Assembly (NCBI RefSeq): GCF_009914755.1
Contig: NC_060930.1
Reading direction: 5' to 3' (one strand)
Length of the DNA stretch: 64,000 bases
Source: the human T2T-CHM13v2.0 reference genome, Homo sapiens
Shown here: piece by piece, positions 29,805 through 42,099 of the stretch
Layout: each line of letters starts with the position of its first letter
How positions within the stretch are numbered: position 1 is the stretch's first letter
Notes under the pieces: model-generated
The model's database searches: none
Told to the model about the DNA's origin: nothing
The model's input: only the letters and a program-made list of their open reading frames with translations
Position numbers and translations under genes: made by a program

Positions 29805-32800
29805 TTTTAGTTATTTAATTTATTTTTATTTCAATAGGTTTTTGGGGAACAGATTGTATGGTGTTTCTAGTCATTTATTTTTATTTCAATAGGTTTTTGG
29901 GGAACCGATAGTGTATGGTTACATGAACAAGTTCTCTTAGTAGTGATTGCTGAGACTTTGGTGCACCCATCACCTGAGTAGTGTACCCTGTACCCAGTGT
30001 GTAGTCTCTTATCCATCACCATCCCCAACCCTTTTCCCTGAGTCCCCAAAGACTGATGTATCATTCTTATGCCTTGGTGTCCTCATAGCTTAGCTCACAC
30101 ATATGAGTGAGAACATACAATGTTTGGTTTTCAATTCCTAAATATTTCACTTAGAATAATAGTCTCCAATTCCATCCAGGTTCCTGGATGTTGCTGGAGT
30201 TGATTTTTGCATAAGGTGAAAGAGGAAGATCCAGTTTCATTCTTCTACATGTGGCTTGCTAATTATCCCAGCACCATTTTTTGAATAGGGTGTGCTTCCC
30301 CCACCTTATGTTTTTGTTTGCTTTGTCAAAGATCAGCTGGCTGATCTTTTTATGGCTGAGTAGTATTCCATGGTATACATATACCGTATTTTCTTTACTC
30401 ATTGATTGATGTGCATGTGGGCAGTTCCATATTTTTGCAATTGCAAATTGTGCTGCTATGAACATGCATTTGCAAGTATCTTTTTTGTATAATGACTTCT
30501 TTTCCTCTGGGTAGATACCTAGTAGTGGGATTGCAGAATCAAATAGTAGATCTACTTTTAGTTCTTTAAGGAATCTCCACGCTGTTTCCCATAGTGGTTA
30601 TACTAGTTTACATTCCCACTGACAGTGTAAAAGTGTTCCCTTTTCACTGCATCCACGCCAACATCTATTTTTTTTTCATTTTTTGATTATGGCCATTCTT
30701 CCAGGAATAAGGTGGTATCACATTGTGGTTTTGATATGGATTTCCCTATTAGTGATATTGCACATTTTTCCATGTGCTTGTTGGCCATTTGTGTATCTTC
30801 TTTTGAGAATTGTCTATTCACGTCCTCAGCCCACTTTTTGATATGGTTGCTTGTGTTTTTCTTGCTGATTTGTTTGAGTTCTTTGTAGATTCTGGAAATT
30901 AGTCTTTTGTCAGATGTATAGATTGTGAAGATTTTCTCCCACTCTGTGGGTTGTCTGTTTACTCTGCTGATTATTTCTTTTGCTGGGCAGAAGCTTTTTA
31001 ATTTAATTAAGTCCCATCTATTTATCTTTGTTTTTCTTGCATTTGCTTTTGAATTCCTAGTCATAAAGTCTTTACCTAAGCTAATGTCTAGAAGGATTTG
31101 GTTTTTCTGATGTTATCTTCTGGAATCTTTATGGTTTCAGATCTTAGATTTAAGTGTTTGATTGATCTAGAGTTGATTTTTCTATATAAGGTGAGAGATG
31201 AGGATCCAGTTTCATTCTTCTACATGTGGCTTGCTAATTACCCCAGCACTATTTTTTGAATAGGGTATACTTACCACTTTATGTTTTTGTTTACTTTGTC
31301 GAAGATCAGTTGGCTGTATTTGGCTTTATTTCTGAGTTCTCTATTTCTGTTACATTTGGTCTGTGTGCCTATTTTTATACCAGTACCACGTCATTCTGTT
31401 AACTGTAGCCTTGTAAAATAATGTGAAGTTGGGTAATGTGATGCCTCCAGATTTGTTCTTTTTGCTTAGTCTTGCTTTGGCTATGCGGGCTCTTTGTTGG
31501 CTCCATATACATTTTAGGATTGTTTGTTCTAGTTGTGTGAAGTATTATGGTGGTATTTTGATAGGAATTGCATTGAATCTGTAAATTGCTTTGGGAAGTA
31601 TAGCCATTTTCACAATATTGATTCTACCCATTCATGAACATGAAATGTCTTTCCATTTGTTTGTGTTGTCTGATTTCTTTCAGCAGTGTTTTGTAGTTTT
31701 CCCTGTAGAGGTCTTTCATGTCTTTGGTTAGGTATGTTCCTAAGTATTTTATTTATTTATTTATTTTTGCAACTATTGTAAACCAGGTTGAATTTTTTAT
31801 TTGATTCTCAGCTTGGTGTTCATTATTTCTTTTTTCCTGCTGGGTTTGGTTTTGGATTATTCTTGTTTCTCTAGTTCCATGAGTTGTGACATTTGATTGT
31901 ATATTTGTGCTCTTTCAGGCATTTTGATGTAGGCATTTAATGCTATAAACTTTCCTCTTAGCCCCGCTTTTGCTGTATCCAGAGGTTTTGTCACTATTAT
32001 CATTTGTTCAAAAATGTTTTTAATTTCCATCTTGATATCATTGTTGGTCCAATGATCACTTAGGAGCAGGTTATTTAATTTCCATGTATTTGCATGGTTT
32101 TGAGGGTTCCTTTTGAAGTTAATATCCAATTTTATTCCACTGTGGTCTGAGAGAGTACCTGATATAATTTTGATTTTCTTAAATTTACTGAGACTTGTTT
32201 TTGTGGCCTCTCATATGGTCTATCTTGGAGGATGTTCTATGTGTTGATGAAAGAATGTATATTCTGTAGTTGTTCGGTAAAATGTTCTGTAAATATCTGT
32301 TAAGTCCATTTGTTCTACGGTATAGTTTAACTTCACTGCTTCTTTGTTGACTTTCTATCCTGATGACCTGTCTAGTGTTGTCAATGGAGTATTAAAGTTC
32401 CACACTATTATTGTGTTGCCATCTATCTCATTTCTTAGGTCTACTAGTAATTGCTTTATAAATTAGGGAGCTCCAGTGCTAAGTGCTTATATATTTAGGA
32501 TTTTGATATTTTCCTGTGGGACTAGTCTTTTTATCATTATATAATATCCTTCTTTGTCTTTTTAACTGCTGTTGCTTTAAAGTTTGCTTTGTCTGATATA
32601 AGAATAGCTACTCCTGCTCACTTTTAGTGTCCACTGCACGGAATATCTTTTTCCACCCCTTTATCTTAAGTTTATGTGAGTCCTTATGGGTTAGGTGAGT
32701 CTCCTGAAGATAGCAGTACCTTGGTTAGTAAATTCTTATCCGTTCTGCCATTCTGTATCTTTTAAGTGGAGCATTTAGGCCATTTACATTCAACGATAGT

Positions 32801-34983
32801 ATTGAGACGTGAGGTACTGTTCTATTCATCAAGCTATTTGTTCCCTGAATACCTTGGTTTTTTTGTCATTGTGTTTTTGTTAGATAGGTGCTGTGAGATT
32901 TATTCTTTAAGGATGTTCTATTTTGGTGTATTTCGAGAATTTGTTTCAAGATTTAGAGCTCCTTTTAGCAGTTCTTATAGTGCTGGCTTGGTAGTGGTGA
33001 ATTCTCTCAGCAGTTGTTTGTCTGAAAAAGACTGTATCTTTCTTTCATTGATGAAGCCTAGTTTTACTGGATAAAAAATTCTGGCTGATACTGTTTTGTT
33101 TAATGAGGCTAAAAATAGGACCCCAATCCCTTCTAGCTTGTAGGGTTTCTGGTGAGAAATCTGTTGTTAATCTGATAGGTTTTCCTTTATAAGTTACCTA
33201 ATGCTTTTGCTTCACAGCTCTTAAGATTTTTTTCCTTCATCTTGATTTTAGATAACCTGATGACCATATGCCTAGGCAATGATCTTTTTGCGATGAATTT
33301 CCCAGGTGTTCTTTCAGTTTCTTGTATTTGGATGTCTAGATCCTTAGCAAGGCTGGGGTTAGTTTTCCTTTATTATTACCTCAAATATGTTTCCCAAACT
33401 TTCAAATTTCTCTTCTTCCTAGGGAACACCAATTATTCTTAGGCTCAGACATTTAGCATAGTCCCAAGCCTCTTGGAGGCTTTGTTCATTTTTAAAAATT
33501 TTTTTCTTTATCTTTGATGGGTTGAGTTAATGTGAAAGCCTTGTCTTTGAGCTCTGAAGTTCTTTCTTCTGCTTGTTCGATTCTATTACTGAGACTTTCC
33601 AGTGCATTTTGCATTTCTCTAAGTGTATCCTTGATTTCCAGAAGTTGTGATTGTTCTTAATTTGTGCTCTCTATTTCACTGAAGAATTTTCCTTTCATAT
33701 CCTGTATCATGTTTTTTATTTCTTTAAGTTGGACTTCATCTTTCTCTGATGACTCCTTGATTAGCTGAGTAATCAACCTTCTGAATTCTTTTTCTGGCAA
33801 TTCAGAGATTTTGTCTTGGTTTGGATCTATTGCTGATGAGCTGGTATGATCATTTGGGAGTGTTAAAGAAACTTATTTTGTCATATTACCAGAATCATTT
33901 TCTGGTTCCTTCTCATTTGAGTAGACTACGTCAGAGGGAAGATGTGGGATTCAAGGGCTGCTGTTCAGATTCTGTTATCCCAACACTACTTGATGTAGTG
34001 TTCTCCTCTTCCCCTAGGAATGGGGCTTCCTGAGAGCTGAACTATAGTAATTGTTTTTGCTCTTCTGGGTCTAGCCATCCAGCAGAGCTACCGGGCTCTG
34101 GGCTGGTAGTAGGGAGTGCCTGCAAAGGGTCTTGTGATGTGATCCGTCTTCAGGTCTTGCAGCTATGGATATCAGTACCTGCTCTGGTGGAGGTGGCAGG
34201 GGAGTCACTCTGTGAGGCTCCTTGGTTGTGTTTTTGTTTAGTGTGCTGGTTTTGTGTTGCTTGGCCTCCAGCCAGGAGGTGGCACTTTCAAGAGGGCATC
34301 AGCTGTGATCCTGTAGGGAGGATGCAACCTTGCCCTAGGGACACCTGGTTAAGCATTCAGGATTCTCAGGCAGTGGGCAGGGCCATAGAGTTCCCAAGAG
34401 ATTATGACCTTTGTCTTCAGCTACCAGGGAGGGTAAAAAAAGACCACCAGGAGGGGGCAGGGAGAGGCGTGTCTGAGCTCAGCCTCTCCTTGGGCGAAGT
34501 TTGCTGTGGCTGCTGTGGGGGATGGGTGAGTGGTTCCCAGTCCAATGGAGTTATATTTCCAGGGGGATTATGGCTGCCTCTCCTGAGTCATACAAATCAC
34601 CAGGCAAGTGAGGAAAGCTGGCAGTCACCAGCCTCACCATGCTCTCATGCAGCTGACAGTCCTAAATGCCGGTCTCACTCCTATCTTGCCCCTCAACAGC
34701 ACCAAGTCTATTTCCAGGCAGCTGGTGATCAGGGCGGAGAACTTGACCCAGACCACAAGCCTCTTTGTTGAGAAAGCAAGCAGACTCAGTTTTTCCACAT
34801 CTCAGTGAGCCTGCAGCAGTGATCCAGTTCCTTCAAAGGTTCTGTGGATTCTGTCATCTTTCCTAGTATGTTCCTGTGGTAGTTCTTGAAGCAACAGTTC
34901 ATGATGTAAGTCTCCACACAATGTTCTGTCTGTCTGAGCAGGAGCTGCAAGCTAGTCCTACCTCCTATCCACCATCTTAATCC
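29805..34983 (-). mobile_element. L1PB with 5' end present and a ~1.2 kb ORF2 (RT) deletion at ~31818; sense to TBC1D32
   Basis: Minus strand starts ggattaagatggtggataggagg; ORF2 remnants 30687..31064 and 31857..32129; deletion sized against 47530-48780. Confidence 0.9.
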
Positions 34984-37480
34984 TAAAGTTAATTTCTTAA
35001 AGATGGCACATAGTTGTATCTTCCTTTTTTATACATGCTGAAAATCTGTATTTTAATTAGAATATTTAGTTCATTTGCATTTAGTGTAATTATTGATATG
35101 GATGCATTTAGAGCTACTATTTTCCTACTTGTTTTCTTTTTTTCCATCCATTTCCTGTTCTTTTATTCTTTCCTCCCCACCTTATTCTGTGTTTGGTTTG
35201 TGTTTTTATTTTTGTTTTTTTTTTTAATTGTAAAATTTATGTATGAGCTATACCTCTTTGCACTAATTTTTAGTGCTTTCCTAAGGAAGTACTGTCCAAT
35301 AGAACTTTCTGTAATGATAGAAATATTATATAACCTGAATTTTACAATATGGTAACCACTAGCTACATGTGCTATTGAGCACTTATGACTAATATAATTA
35401 AGGAACTGAATTTTTAATTTTAATTAATACAAGTTTGTATAGCTGCATAGGGCAATTGTCTACCATGTTTAACAGAAGCCACAGAGGGAAGATGAAGGAT
35501 GGGGACTAGAATGGACATATGTTTCTGAAGGTATCTAGTTATATATCGAAACTACATAACTGTTTTCCACAATTTAAAAGACCAAATTAGATTATAAATG
35601 AAAAAAGAATCCCTTAGGGAATAAGACTTAGAGACTAGAAGCTGGACTCTAGGGCTGTTTACTACAATGAGTTGTCATTTCTAGGTCTTTCTGTATATAG
35701 ATTAGCAGAATACAAAATATTTTTTAAAAAATCCTTAGTTTATACTGACATTTCTATTGCAAAGTCAAACAAATTGAATAAAATCCCTGTAACCTTCTAT
35801 TTGAATTATAAATATTTCCAAGGGATTAGGAATATTGTGCCATTTTATATAAAATGTGAGGAAGTTGAACCATATAGATTGATTTACCATTATACAATTC
35901 CCCTGTCCTTTATGCTACAGCTATCCTATGTACGATTTTATTTCTAAGTACAAAATAAACCCCACTACGTATCATAATTTTGTTTTAAAAAACCAATCAT
36001 ATGTATTTAAAATAAGTTAAAAGGAAAAATAATAGGCTTCTATACTCACTTACCTATTTGCAATTCCCTGTTTCCATCCTGAAAATCCAGCTATCCATCT
36101 GGTAGCACTGTCTTTCAACATGAAGAATTTTCTTCATCATTATTTGAAAGGCAGGTCTGCTGACAAATATTTTCTTAGCCTTTGTTTATTTTAAAATTTC
36201 TTTCACTTTCATTATTGGAGTATATTTTAACTATATGTAGAATTCTAAATTGACTGCTTCTGTTTCCTTTTCCATTTAGCACATTTAAGATGCTCTACTG
36301 CCTCCTGGTTTCCACTATTGTAATGAGATATGAAAAATTTTTCTGCTAATCTCTTATATGTAATATGTGATTTTCTTAAGCTTCTTTCAAAATTTTCTCT
36401 TTATCTTTGGTTTTTAGCAGTTTGTCTATGATGAGCCTTAGTGTAGTTTCCTTTATATTTTCATTCTCTACATAAATTCTCTTTGAAATTTACTAAGTTT
36501 TTCATCTATAAATTTCTACTTGTCAATAAATTTGAAGATTTTCCACTATTATTTAGTCAAATGTATTTCTGATATTCCAATTACATACATGTTAAACATT
36601 TTGACATGGTCTCACAAATCACTGAAGTTTTTCTTTTATTTCATTCTCTGCTCTTCAGACTGTATAATTTCTATTGATCTGATTCAAGTTCACTACTTCT
36701 TCTATTATGTTTAAATCTGTGAAGGCCATGTAGAAATTTTTATTTCATGTAAGTTTTTTTTAATTCTAGAATGGCTATCTGGTTCTTTTACATAGTTTTA
36801 TTTCTCTACTCTGATTTCTAATTTTTTTATTCATTATAAGGATATTTCCCTTTATATTCTATTTATAATAACTGCTTTAAAATCCTAAATTCTTCATTTC
36901 ACAATCAATCTGTATTAGTTGCCTTCTTCTCAAGAATGAATCACATTTCCATTTTCCTTCATATGTCTACTGATTTTGGATTGTATCCCATACATTGTGA
37001 GATACGCCATAGAGATCCTGGATTCTATTATACTCCCTGACAAAGAGTACATTAAAAAATAAATTTAGCAGTTACATTGGCCAGATTCAAACTGAACTCT
37101 CTAACACCTATGATAGGTAGCATCTGATATTTCTTTACAGTTCACAGGCATACTTGAGTGATTAGTCACATTTCTGGGCAAAGTATATACACAGAGTTTG
37201 GAGTGTCCCCTCTGTGGGTCTATTTTCCAGGGACCTCCTTTAATTTTCCACCTGCTGTGTAGTCCTAAGCTTTCTATTCTGGTGCTTCAAGCATTTTAGA
37301 TTTCTATCAGTGGAGCACAAATTTTCTACCTTAAGCAAAAATCTGTTAAATCCAGAATCTCAAGAAATACCACTCTATTCATCCATACATTAACTTCCCT
37401 CTATTTTCTGCCTATTTTTGGTCATTTCAATGCTTTTAGCTACTTGATTTTTAACTTATTTTTTCCAGAATTTGTGTTTT
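34984..37480 (-). mobile_element. Old L1M fragments, with a MER3 hAT MITE at ~35288-35480
   Basis: catttgcatttagtgtaattattgatatgg L1M motif; ctgtccaatagaactttctg MER3 start. Confidence 0.65.
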
Positions 37481-38152
37481 CTATGGGAGTGAACTAGTCC
37501 AGAAAGAGAAACTTCTGAAACATTGGAGTGTTTTGCTTTTTAAGCAATCTTATGACATCTTTTGAATAAAAATTGTCTAAGCTACCATACAATCAAAGTT
37601 AGGAATCGTCACTTTATTTTAGTGAACTTTGGAGAATATGTTAAATGTAAAAAGCCATTGAATTATGATAGAACATTGGGTGACTGATTTTAAAAATTTT
37701 GTGACCTCACTCTAAATGATAGCATCTTCTCTCTGTCTGTACTTCCTTCAAATATTCCTGACAATTTTCTATTAGATTCAAGCTATAGGGCAAAACATTT
37801 CTTGGATTTTTATATTCATTGGTTGGTTGGTTGGTTTTTCTTTGTTCCAATGATTTTTTTTTTGTAACATGTCTGGTACATTATTACTCTTCATTAAGGG
37901 AGAAAAACTTTAATAGACATAAAGTAAAAGAAAATAATTCTTGCAAAATATTATTCCCACAAAACACTGGGATTTCTATCATTTGCTAAACTTATTTTGA
38001 AAATAAAAATAATAGTTTGAAAATTAAAAAGAGGAGAAATAAATATATTAAAAAGTCTGCTGGTTGTAACTGAATATGGATAAAGTATGAATGAATTCAT
38101 TTCTGTGAAATACTTTTCAAATCTGTGTATTATTAGTCAAATAACTTCTTAC

Positions 38153-38271
38153 CTTTTGACAGCTTCGGTCAATAGGATCCACTGGAGTAGTTCTGGGATG
38201 GGTTACCCTAACATCATCTCTTCCATATTCCAGATTGGACCATAATTCAGTTATAAGTTCATTAATAAACC
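38153..38271 (-). CDS. TBC1D32: TBC1D32 coding exon, 119 nt ([40 protein letters not shown])
   Basis: tctttttag|GGTTT...CAAAAG|gtaaga; phase 1 to 0. Confidence 0.96.
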
Positions 38272-38984
38272 CTAAAAAGAATTATTACTTCAAGTCATTT
38301 ATAGCATAATATTTCTTTGGATTATGAAGGAAAGATATGATGATCCCTCTGATGAATCTGGTCTACTCTGACAGAAGACACATACTTGCATCTTATATAA
38401 AAAATAATCTCTTCTTGGTAGAAATTATATCTGCTATTGTTAATATACTTTTATGATACTTCATTATCATAAAACTCTGTAATAACTAAATTCTGAGAGA
38501 CAATTTCCCTGGAAGACTGCTGAATTTTGAGTCCCAGCTTCTTCACTTTGGCCTATAACTTCTCTGAGCATGTTTTCTGAAACATAATAAAGTTTATACT
38601 TTGCTTTGCAAATCAGCCAGCAAAGTAAGGCAGTCTGAAATCAGACTGTGTTTTTCAGAGGTGAGGGGAGGAGAGAAAGAGGTAACAGGAGGCCAGGTAG
38701 GCATCCAAAGAGTGTATGCTCCCTTATTCCAATATAACTAATTTTTTTTTGTAATTCCATACACTAAGAAGAATTCTGCATTTCATACAACTTTTGCTTC
38801 AACCCAGTCTTTAAATTCTTACGAGTCATACTATACAACTAAACGAAAATGAATATAAAACCTGATTCTCAAATTAGTCTATTAAAAAATCAAGTAGAAA
38901 AATCATGTGGAAAAGTGTCAAACACAACATTGAATCCTAAAATAAGTAAGTTCATAACAACAATATTCGATCAGAAAGGGTCTT

Positions 38985-39225
38985 CTGGTATGAGAGAAAA
39001 AAATATGGGCTCTAAAATCAAGAATATTAGAGTTTAAATTCCAAATATGCCAGTTTATTAGCTGTTCATCCTTGCAAAAATCCTGTGACTTCTTGGAGCC
39101 TTAGTTCCCCCATTTGAAAATTGAAATAATGATGCCATAATCCAAGGTTGCCATGAAGTATCAACAGGACAATACATGTGAAGTTCCTAATATAGTACCT
39201 ACGACATCGGAGAAGCTCAAGAAAC
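38985..39225 (+). mobile_element. MIR
   Basis: gagccttagttcccccatttgaaaattgaaataat core. Confidence 0.65.
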
Positions 39226-39437
39226 TGTAGTCTTCCTCCTTCTGTCCTTTGAAAACTACACTTACCCCTCTCATGAAAAGTTTGAGACTCTGATGCTCAG
39301 AAGCTTAATGATTTTACCAAGGGTGAGATCTGAGATTAAATCTAGTCTCCAAATACTTCAGTTAATGTGCTCTGGATACTGCACTACATGAATTTTATTC
39401 TAAGTAGAAGAAAAAAAATTAGTGGTTCAGTTTAGGA

Positions 39438-39440
<3 letters not shown>

Positions 39441-39476
<36 letters not shown>
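39441..39476. repeat. Pure T36 homopolymer
   Basis: Direct reading. Confidence 0.95.
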
Positions 39477-39479
<3 letters not shown>

Positions 39480-39697
39480 AAGAAACATGTTTCATAATAC
39501 AAGTAGTCCAAATTAGTTCAGCCCAAAAAATAAATGTAAAATATACTATAGGAAAAATATTTGTATTTAAAGAGAGAATCAGTAGTGATCACTCATGTTA
39601 TAATTCAACTCTAAGCCTTGAAAAAATATTGTCATAGCATCTCTATCAGGGATTATATATTGTTCAGAGCTCAGATAACCTTAATATAAGACATATT

Positions 39698-39988
39698 GGC
39701 CGGGTGCGGTGGTTCACACTTGTAATCCTAGCATTCTGGGAGGCCAAGGCGGGCGAATCACCTGAGGTCAGAGTTCAAGACCAGCCTGGCCAACATGGTG
39801 AAACCCCATCTCTACCAAAGATACAAAAATTAGCCAGGCGTGGTGGTGGCCTCCTGTAATCTCAGCTACTCAGCAGAATTGCTTGAACCCAGGAGGCGGA
39901 GGTTGCAGTGAGCTGAGACTATGCCATTGTACTCCAGCCTGGGCGACAAAAGTGAAATTCTGTCTCACAAAAAAAAAAAAAAAAAAAA
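39698..39988 (+). mobile_element. AluS with a small right-arm deletion
   Basis: TSD aagacatatt / aagacatact. Confidence 0.95.
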
Positions 39989-40556
39989 AAGACATACTAA
40001 ATTTCCAATGTTTTAACTTCTTACAAATCGAATGGACAGGGAAGAATATGTACTTAACTGTCAACTTCAAAGATAATGTGAAAGCTAAGTGGTAAGACAA
40101 ATGCTTTCAAGAAGAAAAGAGGGAGAAAGGGAATTAGGAAATGTTATGTAAATGAGTGTAAATTTTGAAGCATATGTAAGCCACTGACAATAAGCATTAG
40201 ATAATCCTATCAGATGGGACTGTACTGAGAGAAGATGATATTCTTCTGATTTATAAGATGAAGGAAGATTCTTAAAGCATTAAGTACGTTTCTCCTGAGT
40301 TCATTATTTGCCATTGGTCCGAGGCAACAGAACAAGGTTGTATATATATCACAGAAACACAAAACCGTATTGGAATTTCATGGAAAAAGAAAGACAAAAA
40401 GAAAATCCTGTAACTTTCTTTTACATAAGGTCTAACTTAGTAAAAAGAATTTTAGAGTAAATATCCTGATACTTAATTGTGCCAGTTAAATTTTCAGTTG
40501 GCTTGCTCATTTTATCTTTAAAATAATTATAATTCTAATGAAAAGAAAACATTTAC

Positions 40557-40644
40557 CTGACTTTTTTAGTGCAATGCCACCTGCTGCTGTTGATGCCACT
40601 CGTGTAACCAAAACTCCATAGCCAAATTTTTTATGCCTGCTGAC
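40557..40644 (-). CDS. TBC1D32: TBC1D32 coding exon, 88 nt ([30 protein letters not shown])
   Basis: gctgttag|GTCAGC...TCAG|gtaaat; phase 0 to 1. Confidence 0.96.
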
Positions 40645-41292
40645 CTAACAGCATAAATAAGGAACAGCAATGAAAAGCAACAAAACATGGCATGCTAACT
40701 AGACATTCCTTCAAGATGGTAAGAACTGCAAAAACAAACTCTGAAAAATATTTTAAAATCATACCTAAGATCTTAAAAAGCCCAAAAGTCTAGGGATATT
40801 TAGTATGACAGAAAAAAAGCTGATTACAACTCAGTGACCTTTGACCTTTGACTGTTAAAGACTAAATTATATTGTAAATTTATTTAATAGTAGAATAATA
40901 GAATGCCTCTACAAATATTTTTGTTTCCTTTAAAATGTGAGGCCTAAATCTTCACTGACATATACATTTAGACACAATAGGTTTATTTCCTTAGGAAATT
41001 CACCCAGTTTCACTACATCCAGATGTTTGATATCATAATTATAAAACATACGATAATTAACTGCATTCTTCAATTCCATCTGGTTGTTTGCAATTCTGTA
41101 AATACAGCCACAGACACTAATATCAACTCTCTAATGTTTTCCTAAAAAAAAATCAAGTTGACTATTACAATGCTATATGGTCTTTTAACAGAGGCTTAAT
41201 AACTTCTTCATACACAGAAAACAGAATGATGTTCTTAATGGCTTTTAAAACCACAAAAATTCCCTTTGCCTTTGGCAGATGGTAATTCATAC

Positions 41293-41431
41293 CTGTAATT
41301 TTTTTGCATATCGATTGAATATAAATGTCACACATTCATTGATAGCACCTGTTCTTTGAAGAAGTAGTAATCCTTTGGGGGTGGCAGCAAAATGTAGTAA
41401 ATCATCTAACAAATTATCTTCCCAAGCCATA
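41293..41431 (-). CDS. TBC1D32: TBC1D32 coding exon, 139 nt ([47 protein letters not shown])
   Basis: ctatttcag|TATGGCT...TTACAG|gtatga; phase 2 to 0. Confidence 0.96.
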
Positions 41432-42099
41432 CTGAAATAGGTAAAAGAAAGGTAGAGCTTTCTTTAAGATACTAAAAACTGAAAACAAAGAGTATGTCTT
41501 AGCTGAGCTTAACCCTGTTTACAATTAAAGTTACACAGTATATATTGGTTGCAAATTAATCAATAAAGGTTTAAAATTAAATAAAAACATGGTTTCTTTG
41601 GTAGTGAATTCTTTTATTCTTACATTTTCTATACCTATAATTTCTCTTCACTGAATGAAAAAAATGTTAACTGCATATGTCAGCATTTTTATTATACCCA
41701 GGTTCTCTCATCCACACACTAATTTCCTTCTATTTTCCTATTAAAATTCTGCTGTGCATGAATTCTCCAAACCTCAACACCCCATTATTTCTGTACTTTC
41801 TTTTCATTATAAAGTATCTGTCTTCTGCTTTCAAAAGCACGTGATAGATATTATCTCTTTTCGATTTTCATAGGTGTTAATTTATTTTACTTTTGGGGAA
41901 AGATATTTTTTCTCAGAACACTTCTATAAGAAAGATCAACATATATTTATAAAACTAAAATTCTAGATAACTATAAGACTGGGAATTATGGATGTTTGGA
42001 GAATCAATGCTTAGTCCAAGTGTGCTAAAACCCATGTTGCATTTGAAAACATGACACAAATACCTAATTACTTTTTACTTTCTTTGAAAATATATATAA

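Noticed and set aside
34139-34771. Longest ORF in the track (210 aa)
   Set aside because: Antisense reading of the GC-rich L1PB 5'UTR with a non-ATG start and no recognisable domain.
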